64,000 nucleotides of DNA from Gekko japonicus. Its lineage: Eukaryota. The stretch lies in contig NW_015170887.1 of assembly GCF_001447785.1 (NCBI RefSeq), positions 1,957,584 to 2,021,583 of the forward strand, given 5' to 3'. The notes below the pieces were generated by a model that was given only the letters and a program-made list of their open reading frames with translations, did not search any database and had not been told where the DNA came from. This document shows positions 1 through 11,600 of this stretch, in pieces. A program made the position numbers and the translations under genes. How positions within the stretch are numbered: the first letter of the stretch is position 1; every line of letters starts with the position of its first letter.

Positions 1-620
1 AGCGATAATCTCACCAAGCACCCTCTTCTTGCCGATCTGTTTCAGGAACCCCCTGAAACCTGAGAATCATGTTAGCTTTTTCCATCTGTAGCTGCAAAAC
101 TCGATTCTCTTGGCAATTCTGCTTCGTTTCCACATCTCCCAGCCTTTTCTTCAACTTCTTGCTTGTGGTGTCTCTCTCTTTAATTTTCATTTTAAACTTT
201 CTCTGCTGGGCCGCCATCTTTCCTGTTTTGTTTACAGTTTCGGCCGCTTCCACACAACTCGGAAAACTCACCAAACGACTTTGCGATTCAGATAAGTCTC
301 TCAAAACACTTTCGGTTTACTTCCTCCCCTCTCCCTCTTCATGTCCGTTAGCCCCTCATTCGCACAAGAGGCGTCCCTCTTTGCAATCACTGTTTTCAAC
401 TGCGGGGGGGGTCGCTTTTCAAACTACTCCGTTTTATTCAGAAGTCACGTTCATTGTCGGTCAGTTTCTTTGACCATGCTCAGTTTTATGCCATTCCGCT
501 CGATCTCCGGCGCTTGTCCCAGTCAGTCCAGCTTATGCCCGAAGGCCACTCAGCGACTGGACCGTCAGGGCGGAGGGGAGCCTCAATTCTCTGACATTAC
601 GCCATCGAAGAGGCTACCCC
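1..620 (-). mobile_element. 5' part (ORF1 and CpG-rich 5'UTR) of an L1/Tx1-like LINE in POMT2 intron 1
   Basis: ORF 11..304 is coiled-coil-like, followed by EKANMILRFQGVPE, resembling the L1 ORF1 'NLRIxGIPE' motif; boundaries approximate. Confidence 0.6.
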
Positions 621-1498
621 TCAAAAGCCCCCTGGCCTGGAGCCTATCACAAAGGCTCCACAGGGGTGTCACTTGAGGTGGCACCCCTCCAGGCCGCCAG
701 TGTGTGAACCGCCCTTGAGTACATGAGTGCCACAAACACATAGTCTTTTTGCTCACAAGACTACACAACTTGGAGCATTGATGGGTGTCACAGAAAACCA
801 AAAGAATCAAATGTGGCTCCTGAGCAACTGAATGAGTATCACTGACTTAGCCAATCTGACCACACTGATCCATGCTAATTATCATTACTACATGGATCTA
901 CCCTTAAACAGAAATTTCAATTAAGGCAAAATACATCTACTCATTTATTGTCTAGGGTCAGCCATTAACACTGCACTACATCAGTTCTAAAGCAAATTCA
1001 TTTGTTGCCTGTTTGTTTCCAGGCTCAACTAAAGGTGCTTGTTTTTTTCCTTATAGGGCCTTCATATCCTGGACCATGCGTCTGAATGGCTGTCTCTATT
1101 GTGCCAACTGCATTCAGTGAACCAGCTTCTGTTTGCAATCTCCCCCCCTCCCCCCGTTCCCCTTGGTTCGAGCCTGTGATTTCTTGGCTGTGACACCAAC
1201 TCTGCACAGGAGACTTCTAGAGGTGGTAAGGAAAGCATTCTTATTGCACCTCTTCCTAAAACTCATCAAAGTTGCTTTTCTTTGGTAGAGTTCTTTTATT
1301 TACTTATTGATGGAGAGACTATGGTTTTATAATCTGGGGTTGGTCAATCACTGTTCATATTGTTACTTGTCTGAAGCTATGTTGCTGCTCTCTCTTGGGC
1401 TATGGATGACACAAGCCTTTCAGAAGAAAAGCAGGGAGAAATGTTTTAAAACAAATAAACAGTTTTTCACCCTACAACATATTCTCCCAGATGCTTAT

Positions 1499-1778
1499 TT
1501 AAGGTAAGAGCTTTTGTGTGCATGCACACTTTTTCAAATACATTGGAATGGAAGGCAAGAGTTCAAACTTATAGACAGAGGATGAACAGCAAATTAACAT
1601 GTAACATGATGATGTTTTAAGATCTTCATCATGTTACATGTTAATTTGCTGTTCAGCCTCTGACTAGAAGTTTGAACTCTTGCCTTCCATTCCAATGTAT
1701 TTGGAAAAGTGTGCATGCACACGAAAGCTCTTACCTTGAATAAACCGTTGTTGGTCTTAAAAGTGCCATTGGACTTTA
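1499..1778. mobile_element. Penelope-like element terminus arranged as a ~115-bp-arm inverted repeat
   Basis: 1501-1613 is the near reverse complement of 1626-1737; the tail ttggtcttaaaagtgccattggact matches the PLE-type termini at 10173, 24695 and 45660. Confidence 0.7.
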
Positions 1779-2587
1779 AATTTGTCTACAGCTTTAAACC
1801 AACAGGGCTGCCCACCTGGAACTATCTCCCAGATGCTGTTACTTTTAAGTAGCCCACAATGCATCCTGTATTACTGCAAAAGGATCATCTGTAGAGCAAA
1901 TGACAGGGTGGAGGCTAGGATGGATTGTGGCTCAGGGGAAGAGCATCTGCTTTGTATGTGGAAGGTCTCAAGATCAGTCCCCAGAGATCCAGGTGGCAGC
2001 AGTTGATGTCAAACATCTCTAGCTGGACCCTTAAGAGCCACTGCCAAGACAGACAATGCTGATATTGACAGACCAGCTGCTTGAGTCAGTGAAAAACAGC
2101 TTCTTGTGCTCAATGTAAGTTAGGGTCAAGCAAAATCTATGCAGCTGTTTGCCTCCCTATTCACCCTCAGAACTTCACAACTTAGTACTCTAGAACTGTA
2201 CTCTTCACATGCAAAGCCAACACTTGTCCACCAGCTGAGCATGGCCAATTTGATGAAAGTCCAATGAAGTCACTTGCTTTCAAAACTGGATGAAAGAAAA
2301 GGGAAGGGGAAACCTTTTCGTCTCCTTCTACCATAAATACGCTGGGAAAGTAGTTCAACTGGGGCAGCCCTGCCGTACTTGGGCGGAGCCAAAGCGCACA
2401 TTGCTAACCAGGACGGCCGCTGCGCTGGAGAAAGGGTTCGATCCCCGGCGCGCGCCCGCAATACCGGGTCCTTTCCTTCTGAACTAACCTCAATGGGTTC
2501 CAAGGTGCATCTTCCTTTCCCACAACCAAACCCCGCCCTCCCGTAACCAAGCTCCGCCCCCGTCGCCATGGCACCGCGGCCCCTCAC

Positions 2588-2784
2588 CAGATGTGTGGCG
2601 GCTCCTGCAGGCGATAGAAGCGGGTAGCGAAGCTTAGGAAAGTGACCAGGCCCAGCTGGGTCCAGAACCACACAGAACTCCGGGGTACGGAGGAAGCCGA
2701 CGCGGGGCTACTTGCCAGCCTGAGGGTTCTCCGTTGCTGCAGGCCCAACACGGCCTGGCAGGTTTTGTTCACTGCCAGAGGCAT
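2588..2784 (-). CDS. POMT2: Protein O-mannosyltransferase 2, coding exon 1 (gene continues left of the window)
   Basis: MPLAVNK...LVTFLSFATRFYRLQEPPHI(C) matches the POMT2 N-terminus (human LLSFATRFHRLDEPPHIC); phase-2 donor TG|GTGAG at 2587; CpG island. Confidence 0.93.
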
Positions 2785-2837
2785 TCGCGCCCTGACAGGA
2801 GGCGCCTCCTGCCGGCACCCCTGAATTTGCGCCCAAA

Positions 2838-2957
2838 GCACTATGGGAGGTAGAGTTCAGAAGGCATGATGGGAAAAAGAGTTCAGCATTTCGGAGCACG
2901 TGAACGACCAAGAGGGGGCGAATTAAGGGCTTTCATGGTATTGTGGGTAGTGTAGTT
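2838..2957 (-). promoter_or_regulatory. POMT2 promoter: three ZNF143/SBS-like motifs, an E-box and a CTCF-like motif
   Basis: Minus strand aactctacctcccatagtgc (2838-2857), ttcccatcatgcc (2863-2875), actacactacccacaatacc (2937-2956); CACGTG 2897-2902; gaccaagagggggcg 2906-2920. Confidence 0.6.
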
Positions 2958-3230
2958 TTTAAGGCGTTGTCGTGCGCTCATGAAAGGAATGGAATAGCGA
3001 GGAGCATCTCTCCTATCATTGCTACAGTCGCCGAAAACTGACTGTTGCAATATCTCTGCTCTCTACACGCGCCTATGCGCATTATGGGGGAGATACATGC
3101 TATATATTTATTTAGAACGCAAGAACATTATTTATGACGATGATGATGCGCTATCCCAGCTCACACCGGGCTCTGGGCAATGTACAAAAGGGCAAAATGC
3201 CATAAAATATATAAAATATTAAAATTCGAT

Positions 3231-3405
3231 TACTTTCCCGCCGAAGCGGTAGCTATTTATCTACTTGCAATTTCTTGCTTTCAAACTGCTAGGTTGGCAG
3301 GAGGTGGGACCAAAGACGGGAGCTCACTCCGTCACTCGAACTGCCAAACTACCAACTTTCCAGTCTGCAACTAAAGCGTCTTAACCACTGAGCCACGGTG
3401 GCCCC
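3231..3405 (-). mobile_element. Sauria-SINE-like fragment
   Basis: Shares tgctttcaaactgctaggttggcagga with the copy at 6074-6400. Confidence 0.6.
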
Positions 3406-3714
3406 TTAAAATTCAATATACAACTTAATAAAAATTTAAATTCAGAATAAAAGATCCAAAACGGCATCCTATAATGTTTTTTTATCCAATACTGGACTAC
3501 TGGGCAATTTTCTGGGCAAAGGAAACTCAGAACAAAAGGGGGGGAGAGGATGGGTGCCAGCCAATGAGGAAACCGTGGCTGCCCTCAATCAAAAGCCTGG
3601 CAGAACATCTCTGTCTTACAGGCCCTGAGGAATTGCATAAGATCCCGCAAGGCCTTGATGTCATTTGGCAGAGAGTTCCACCAGGTCGGGGCCAGGACCG
3701 AGAGGGCATAAATA

Positions 3715-4115
3715 CAGCCTACTGGATCACTCCATCTAGTCCAATATACAGCCACCAATTAGCTTCCCTGGCGGGCCAAACAAGCAGAACATAGAGACTA
3801 AAGCCCCCCCCCTTGCTGCTGCTGCTGCTTCCCCCCAGGACTGGTGTTCGGAGGTTTGCTGTCTTCAGTCATTGTGGCTAGTAGCTAGCCTGTGATAGAC
3901 CTCTCCTCCTAAATCTTTCTAATACCCTTTTAAAGCTATATATGCTTGTGGCCATGGTTGCCCCCAATGGCAGTGAATTCCACAACTGAATTACTTGTTG
4001 AGTAAAGAAATATTTCTTTTTGTCTGTCCTGAACCTTTCCCCCCAATAATTTGGTCCCCAAGGTCTACTATTATGGGAGAGGGAGGGAGACAAACCTACT
4101 TCTACCCACTTTCTC
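3715..4115 (-). mobile_element. CR1 LINE 3' fragment
   Basis: ORF 3878..4093 RFRTDKKKYFFTQQVIQLWNSLP is the CR1 ORF2 C-terminal motif. Confidence 0.8.
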
Positions 4116-5209
4116 CTCTAAGCTTACTCAGAAGCCTTTGATGAGGTTACTTGTCAAAAGCTGCTCAAATAACTAGAAGAGGTTTTGTGAGGCAGGATTT
4201 CCCTTTGCAGGATTTGGTATGCTTAATAATTTGTCTCTCTGAGAGACTGATGAACTTCTTCCCTTTTCCTTTCATTGCAGCACTTCGAATCTCTTCATCT
4301 GATGTGACTAAAGTCAGAGGAGGCCACCTGCTCTCTTCTTGGCTGCTCTGAGGGGAGGTGCCTGGCCCCACAGAAGATGTGCACAGATCACCTATTGTGA
4401 TTTTTCCAAGTGACCATAATGCTGGCTTTTGATTACCAAGCTGTGAAATGGTGACCAGTGACTGCCACCCTTGAAACACTTTTGTTAGAGTTTCTTCATA
4501 AAGAAGGAGAACATTGTATAAACTTTGTGCAAAGACCAGAATTTCTAACTTTTAAAGGCTCATGCCCAAACAAATCTGTCTGAAGAAAATTATTTCAGTC
4601 ATTTAAAATTTTCAAGTAGACACACACACACCTGTTTTACAGCAAGGAGCAAAGCTTGCTCACTTTAGGAACCTGATCTGGCTGCTAAACAGAAAAGAAA
4701 GATGAGACAGCGAAAAATAAATAACCCTGAGAAGTTTCATAATTTATGGTATTGCAATGGGCCTCTCTGTTTTACACCCAGATCATGAAACAGAAGTGAG
4801 CTGATGTCTTTATCAAACTAGCATCATAGTGATGGGAGATGTGAATACAAACTCCAAGAAGATGGGATCTCTCCGGCACAGGCAGGCAAACTGCCAAGAC
4901 TTCTTATGCTTGCCAATGCATGAGTGAGAACTGGAAAACCACTTCTCCAGAGTCTTTTATAATCTGGTTTGAATAAAGCAGTCTTCAATGTCATCCAGCT
5001 TTTTTTCCTGACTAGAATCTCTTGTACAGTGTTCTCTAAATTTTGCTTTAAATTTTAAATTGTTATTTGCCACTGTGATCCCGAGAAAAAAGCAAGTTGG
5101 ATAGCCAACTAGTTGAAAGGTTCTACTTTACAACGTAATTTTCAGTCTTGATGTATCTGCTTGATACCATCACAACTTAACTGAGAAAAATGTTGAGAAA
5201 ACAGCTACA

Positions 5210-5620
5210 ACTACAACTCCCAGAATCCCGTCAACTCTAGGAAAGACGTCTACTTTCAATACGACCAAGTCTCTGTTCAAGACTGGCCCCGTTAAAAGGA
5301 CCGGAATAGAGCAGTGCCGAGCGAGCCATAAAAGTGCCGTTTAGCTAGAGAGGGAGGGACTGACTGAAGGGAAGAGAGCAAGTCAAGATGTGTGCCGCGT
5401 TAGTAAAGGTATTTGCCATGACTGCCCAACGCGGACGGAAAGCTTTCTCTGGTGCAGCTGTAGATATAAAAGCAAGACGCGATTTCGCTTTTGTTATCTT
5501 TGTAAATATTTGCTCTCTATAGCTTGTCGCTAATATGAACGATGAATTAATTGTACTTAAGCTTCACGGATCAGAGCTGTTCCCCTGCAAGGTATGCGGG
5601 AGGGATAGTGCCGGGAAAAG
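5210..5620 (+). promoter_or_regulatory. Putative GSTZ1 distal promoter (CpG-enriched, ZNF143 motif)
   Basis: actacaactcccagaatccc at 5210-5229; CpG-rich stretch with phase-0 donors at 5409 and 5592. Confidence 0.55.
5388..5408 (+). CDS. GSTZ1: GSTZ1 candidate first coding exon A (MCAALVK)
   Basis: aagATG TGT GCC GCG TTA GTA AAG|gtattt; phase 0, in frame with exon 2; lies in the CpG-rich promoter. Confidence 0.5.
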
Positions 5621-6073
5621 CCATTTTCACATTCTGATTTTATACTGTTGAAATAAATACTTCCCAACTGCCTTGCTCTCCATTACTGACAAAAGGGGCA
5701 CTCCCAATCAAACCTATTTGGAAGTAAATCGCATTGAGTAGAGTAGGGCTTACTCCGAGGCAAGTGTGCGGAGGAATGCAGCCACAGATTGGAACTCTTG
5801 TATTTACAATGTGTGTAACTGTCACAGTGGTATCCCACCAGTTTGCTAAGATCAAAAGCTTTTTAAAAAGTTCTTTTACCATTGCAATCTGCAGCATGTC
5901 TACTCAGAAACAAGTACTTGTTATTCAGTGTGATCAACTGCCAGGAAAGTTATTTAGGAGTGCAGCCAGAATAGACAAATGTATGTTTCCAAAGAGTAAT
6001 TTAAAAATCGGGTAATGGTGCTTTGAAGAGTCACGTATGGCTCCCTATCCACTACATATCACTAGATCTGGGA

Positions 6074-6400
6074 GGTAAAGGTAAAGGTTTCCCTTGCTTG
6101 AAAGCTAGTCAAATCCAACGCTAGGATTCATCTCCGTTTCCAAGCCGAAGAACCAACGCTGTCCAAAGACATCTCCGTGGTCATGTGGCCGGCATGACTA
6201 GATGCCAAGGCGCACAGAATGCTGTTACCTTCCCACTGAAGCAGTACCTCCTGCAATTTCTTGCTTTCAAACTGCTAGGTTGGCAGGAGCTGGGGCCAGA
6301 GACAGGAGCTCACTCCATCACGCAGCACTAGGTCTTGAATTGCTGAACTACAGACCTTCCAGTCTGCAGCTCAGTGTCTTAACCTCTGAGCCACCACAGC
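6074..6400 (-). mobile_element. Sauria SINE-like element
   Basis: ggtaaaggtaaaggtttccc tail and ggtcatgtggccggcatgact core, as recalled for Sauria SINE. Confidence 0.7.
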
Positions 6401-6619
6401 CCCTAGATTTGAGAGACCCAGGTTCAAATCCCAACTCTGCCATGGAAGCTTACTGGGTGACCTTGGGCCAGTCACACACTCAGCCTAACGTACCCCACAA
6501 GGTTGCTGTGTGATAAAATGGAGAGAATACTGTAAACTGCTTTGGGTTCCTGTTCAGGAGAAAGGAAATGTGCACGTGAAGTAAATGAAAAGGTTTCTGA
6601 CTTGGGCTGCTGGAAGTGA

Positions 6620-6830
6620 TTAAGTGCAGTCAAGTGACATCTGATTTATGGCAAGCCTGGAGGGTTTTTCAGGCAAGAGATGTTCAGAGGCGGTTTGCCA
6701 TTGCCCGCCTCTGTGTAGCAACCCTGGACTTCCTTGGCGGTCTCCCATTCAAGTACTAACCAGGGCTGACCCTGCTTAGCTTCCAAGATCAGGCTAGCCT
6801 GGGCCATCCAGGACAGGGTAGGGATCAAGG
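6620..6830 (-). mobile_element. 5S rRNA-derived SINE
   Basis: Minus strand gatcttggaagctaagcagggtcagccctggttagtacttgaatgggagaccgcc matches the 5S internal control region, followed by a non-5S tail. Confidence 0.75.
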
Positions 6831-7102
6831 GACAAAATTACAGGGTCCCTTGCCATGCTAGTGGTGTAGGGAGCTGGGCAAGGCATGTGACTTGCTTGAG
6901 TGGCATGGTAAGTGGGCTCAAAGGGGAATCTTTGCTGGCCCAGTGGTGGCTCTCTGGAGCCCTTCTGGCCTTTCAGAAGTCTGACAATTGTTTCTCGCTG
7001 TCCTTTCTCCACCTTGTGTTGCCACTTAGATGGCTTTTTGAGGTTTTTTAAAAAATTGGTAATTACTATGGTGATGCTTACAAAAAAGACCGTTACCACA
7101 TA

Positions 7103-7295
7103 TGGAATGAGAAATGCCAGATGTTCAAGCTGGATTCAGAAAATGAAGAAGCACTAGAGATCATATTGCAAAATTTATATTGGTTACTGGAACATACCAG
7201 AGAACTTCAGAAGAAAATCAACTTGTGTTTCATAGATTACAGCAAAGCTTTGACTGTGTGGGTCATGAAAAGCTATGGTTGGTTTTAAAAGAAAC
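7103..7295 (+). mobile_element. RTE/BovB-like LINE reverse-transcriptase fragment
   Basis: Translates, with stops and frameshifts, as EMPDVQAGFRK*RSTRDHIA...LCFIDYSKA FDCVGHEKLW. Confidence 0.8.
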
Positions 7296-7858
7296 TGTGG
7301 ATTGGGAGTCAAGTGGGATATACATATTTTTAAACATGTTCTGGGTGGCACAGGACCTAGAGAAGGCTGTTGCTTGTTGACAGATGCCTCAAGCACTGTG
7401 AGCCAGGGGTTGTGGTATACATTTTGCAAATAGTTAAACTACGCAGGGTCTCTGTCTGGTGGGAAGCTTCATGGCCCTCCCAACCCCTTTTCCTACTGTT
7501 TCTTCTGCTTCCCACATCTCTTCTTGGTCTCTATCCTGTCAAAATATTCTGAGTCTAGCAGCAGCCCAGATCTTGCAACTGAACTAATCTCTGTTATGTG
7601 AGGCATTTAATAACGCTGGCAAAGCTTGCTGCTTTTGCAGTACAAAGTTCTGTATTTCTTTTGTACACAATTCACTTGGCTTTTGCCTTCTTTGGCATCT
7701 GGGCTGAAGAGGTCAGAAACTGTCAAAGTTTTCTTGCTGTTCTCTGCCATTTGACAGCTAAGGGGTGGGGCTTTTGCAACTACTTGGCTGCATAAGTTTT
7801 TCCCCGCTTCCCCAGTCTGTGTTGGGTTTCACAGGAGGATACTACATGAACAAACAGT

Positions 7859-7876
7859 ATGGAAGCTTCTAAAAAG
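7859..7876 (+). CDS. GSTZ1: GSTZ1 candidate first coding exon C (MEASKK)
   Basis: agtATGG Kozak; ATG GAA GCT TCT AAA AAG|gtgaga strong phase-0 donor; resembles the short human MQAGK exon. Confidence 0.55.
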
Positions 7877-8578
7877 GTGAGACAAAGAAGGTTCAGGGTG
7901 TCTGGGGAGCTGCCTTGTTATCTCATTGCAGAGTATCTCTTCCCATTCACTTTCACAGTACCCATCTGGAGCATTTGCTCCAGTTCTCATAGGAAGCATG
8001 TTTTTTTCATAGCCTGGCATTTCTGAGAGGAACTTCCCACCAATTTCAGTGGAAGCTGAAAATAAAAAAGGTGGGGAACGCCACTATTTCAAAACAGGGA
8101 TATGTGAGGCCAGTCTTGCCTAAATTGTACTTTTCTAGAAGTGAATCCATTACAATTTTAATGAAATAACATGAAACGCAGCCCCTATTCTGTGTTAGGC
8201 TTCTATGGTGGCTTAGGCTGCTGTTAGAGTGGAGAGGAGGGAAAGTCCTGTTTTTTTAATAGAGACTTAATCTCTTATTTTACCAGGTGACGTTATTTAC
8301 CTCCTGCCAAAAAGCTTCAGATGCCCATTGCCACACGTTAAAAGGAGCAGGACATTTTTTTTTCCAGGCCTGTTGGTAGCCCTCGTTACCAATCCCCCTT
8401 GCATAAAATGGGGTTTTAGTTCTGAGTAGAATTGTTCTGTTAAACTTTCATGGGCTACAACCCATATCATCAGTTGTAAGTTAAGTATGTTGCCTCCACT
8501 TTATACTTGTGTGTTAATGAAGCTGCTACAGTTGCAAATTAATGTCTACTTGCAAATTTTTCCCCTATACTTCTGCAG

Positions 8579-8630
8579 CCTGTTCTTTATAGTTATTTCA
8601 GAAGTTCCTGCTCCTGGAGAGTACGAATTG
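8579..8630 (+). CDS. GSTZ1: GSTZ1 exon 2
   Basis: [17 protein letters not shown]; cag|...|gtaag. Confidence 0.96.
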
Positions 8631-11600
8631 GTAAGAACAGTTATTAAATCCTATCCCATGCTTTTCAGATTTGCTTGCCAAAATTCAGTTAATCAGTGAC
8701 TTATTAAGTCAGAGATCAGCAAAAGATTAGCCACTTTGGGGGGGTTGAAGTGTTTTCTGTTTCCTTGCTGGACGGAGAAAAAATATCAGAGTTCGTCTGA
8801 GAGGGAGGAAGAAATCTCCTGGTTACGGCTATTTCACACATTACCAAATGGGAGTATCATGGAAGTTGTATTTAGGTTATCACATGTGGTAGTCACGCTC
8901 TTCATGTGCATGTAAGGGAGGGAGCAGCTGACTGTAGCCTATGTATGCCATATGTAAAACCATATGCACAAGCTGTATGTCAGTTCCAGTGCAGAATTTA
9001 AAAAGTGAAATTGCCCTCAAGAGTTGCAGGGAAATTTCATGATACAGACCAAGCTCACTCCTATATTGTAATATATATAGATATAATTGATGTTCTGAAA
9101 TCATTCTGCATTCTTAAGGGCATTTACGTGGCTATTCACTTTTTGTGTTTGGTTGTTCCTTCTATTCCAGATCTGGAATTAATTAAGAGACACAAAAATA
9201 GCACAATCCAGATGTATGCTTTCACTACATTCTTTAAAGGCATTGTAAAAATGCATTAGAAGGAAAAATGTATTAGAAGCAAACTGGGAAACTTGTATCA
9301 CTCAAATAGGTGAGGCTTGCCCTGAGTACCTAAGAAGCAGGATCAGACCAGTGGCCCAGGTAATTCAGCATTCTATTTCACACACAGTGATCAACCAGTT
9401 TCCCTGGATGGCCAATAAACAAAGCACAAAGGCTGAGGCCTTCTACTGATTTTGCTTCCTGGCACCAGTACTCAGAGGTTTTCTGCTTCTGAATGTGGAG
9501 GTTCCTTGTAGTAACCATGGCTAATAGCCACTGATGGACCTCTTTTCCATGAATGTCTAACCCCTATTAAAGCCATCTATGTTCTCATGGCCATTGGTCA
9601 GTCCACTGATAGTGAATGCTGCAATTTAATTACTCAGTGAGTAAACAAATACTTCCTTTTGTCTGTTGTGAATCTATTTCTCATCAACTTCAGTGGGTGT
9701 CCATTATAGTACTGGTGATGAGGGGGAAAAGTTCTATCCAGTTGTAGAATATGTACCATGGCAAGTTACTTATCAGGATTTGTGTTGTCCTTTTCTTACA
9801 GCATTGGCTTTGAAAGGAATTGCCTATGATCAAGCACCAGTGAATCTTGTGAAGGATGGAGGGCAGCAGGTAAGGAGATAGCTGTGTTCAATCTGTACAT
9901 CAGGCATGATCAGAAGCCATAACAAAAATTAGCAATTTTCTCTTTCAAGACAGATCCCATTTCCCTGTGAGCTCTCTATCTGTGACAGATGCTTTTTAAA
10001 CAGTCAGACTCAAAGGCAAATTCTCTTTAACTTCTGTAAGGTTTCCAGTTCTTAAAGGGAAAGAAAAATAGTTGGTTCCCTCCAATGCTGCCTAAAGTAA
10101 CAGCCTGACTTTCCCAACCTTTTCTGTAAAGTTTTTGTCCCACTTTGAATGTTAATGTAGTAGAAAAGAGTAAAAGTCCAGTAGCACCTTAAAGACTAAC
10201 AGTATTTGTGGTAGGGTATGAGCTTTCATGAGTATGAGCTCACTTCTTCAGATATCCATCTTGATCTGTCTAAGGCTGTGGTCACACTGGCAGCTTTGGC
10301 GCAATATGGTGCCACCTCTAATTGTAACAGTTTAAAGTCTTGCGGGGCATATCTTCCAGACAGCACACCCTGCTGTGGGTTACCCATGCAAACATCCTGT
10401 GGTCAAGTATCCACATTACTGCAGCGCATCAGCCACAGAGTGCGCTGCCTGGAAATGTTTCAAAATGCATGAACGTGCATGTGCACTCATGCACGCGCAT
10501 AAGTGTGCATGTGCACTCATGCACGCGCATAAGTGTGCATGTGCACTCATGCACGCGCATAAGTGTGCATGTGCACTCATGCACGCGCATAAGTGTGCAT
10601 GTGCACGCAGGTTCAGGCTGCCAAATCCATTCTGCATGTGCTCCTCATGTTGAGATATCCGGCCATGTGCAATGAATGTGTGAGGAACCAGAAATACCAC
10701 TTGTGATGTGGTGCCTTTTTAACCCAGCTCCAAGTCATCCTATGATGGTGTGAGTATGCCTGGGGAACACCTGACAGATGTGGCTGTGTAACTGTGCCCA
10801 TTTGATCCAGAGGGGAGGGGTGGCTGTGTCGGGCCAAACAGCCTAAATGTTAATGGTTAGTGCTGGAAATTAAAGGAACTTCTCTGTCTAGTACCTTAAA
10901 GTGTGCTGGAGACCCACACAGTGTGTGCCTTTCCTTGTTTTTCTTTTTTTGATCTCCACAACCCTCACTTTAAAAACAAGAATGAGACTTTCCTTTATGT
11001 TGCATTGGGAATGTTTGGATAATGGTTGCTTTGATTTGAGGAGGCTTGCTCCTTTGGACAAAGGCTTAGAAACTATATTCTTAATCAAGAAAAGGCACAA
11101 AGGTTGCCATGAATTAACAGATAGTGAGGGAAGATGTTGTTAGAGTTAGTTCTTCCCCATTCTCTGTTTTGGGGTTGGGGGCAAGCTAGAGAGACTATGC
11201 TGAACTGAAATCAGGAGGCTGCAGGGCAAACATTCTTCCCAGATCCTCTGCATGTGGAGAGAATATTTCAGAAGGTGGCTTCCATCTTTGAACACCAACA
11301 CCCTTGATTCTGCAGCTCAGAAAAAAATACTCTTCTGAGGATTAGAAGCAGGGTATAATTTTTTAATTAAGGAAATATGGGGGAATTTAGGAAAATTCCA
11401 GATCTGCAGTGCAATCCTAAGCAGAAGTACACATTTTATGCCCACTGAAATCAATGGGGTAACTCGTCTGTTTAGGACTGCAATACATGTAAGAAACTGT
11501 CCTGTTTTCACAGCTGTCACCTGAATTCTTTTCTGTGAATCCAATGCGACAAGTCCCGGCACTCAAAATCGATGGGGTCACCCTCTCTCAGTCAGTGAGT

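Noticed and set aside
2270-2671. 133-aa ORF overlapping POMT2 exon 1/intron 1
   Set aside because: GC-rich CpG-island ORF in a different frame, with no recognisable homology
10340-10700. Repetitive ORFs (HVHSCTRIS)n and ([10 protein letters not shown])n
   Set aside because: They result from the 30-bp minisatellite being open in several frames; intronic, with no splice support
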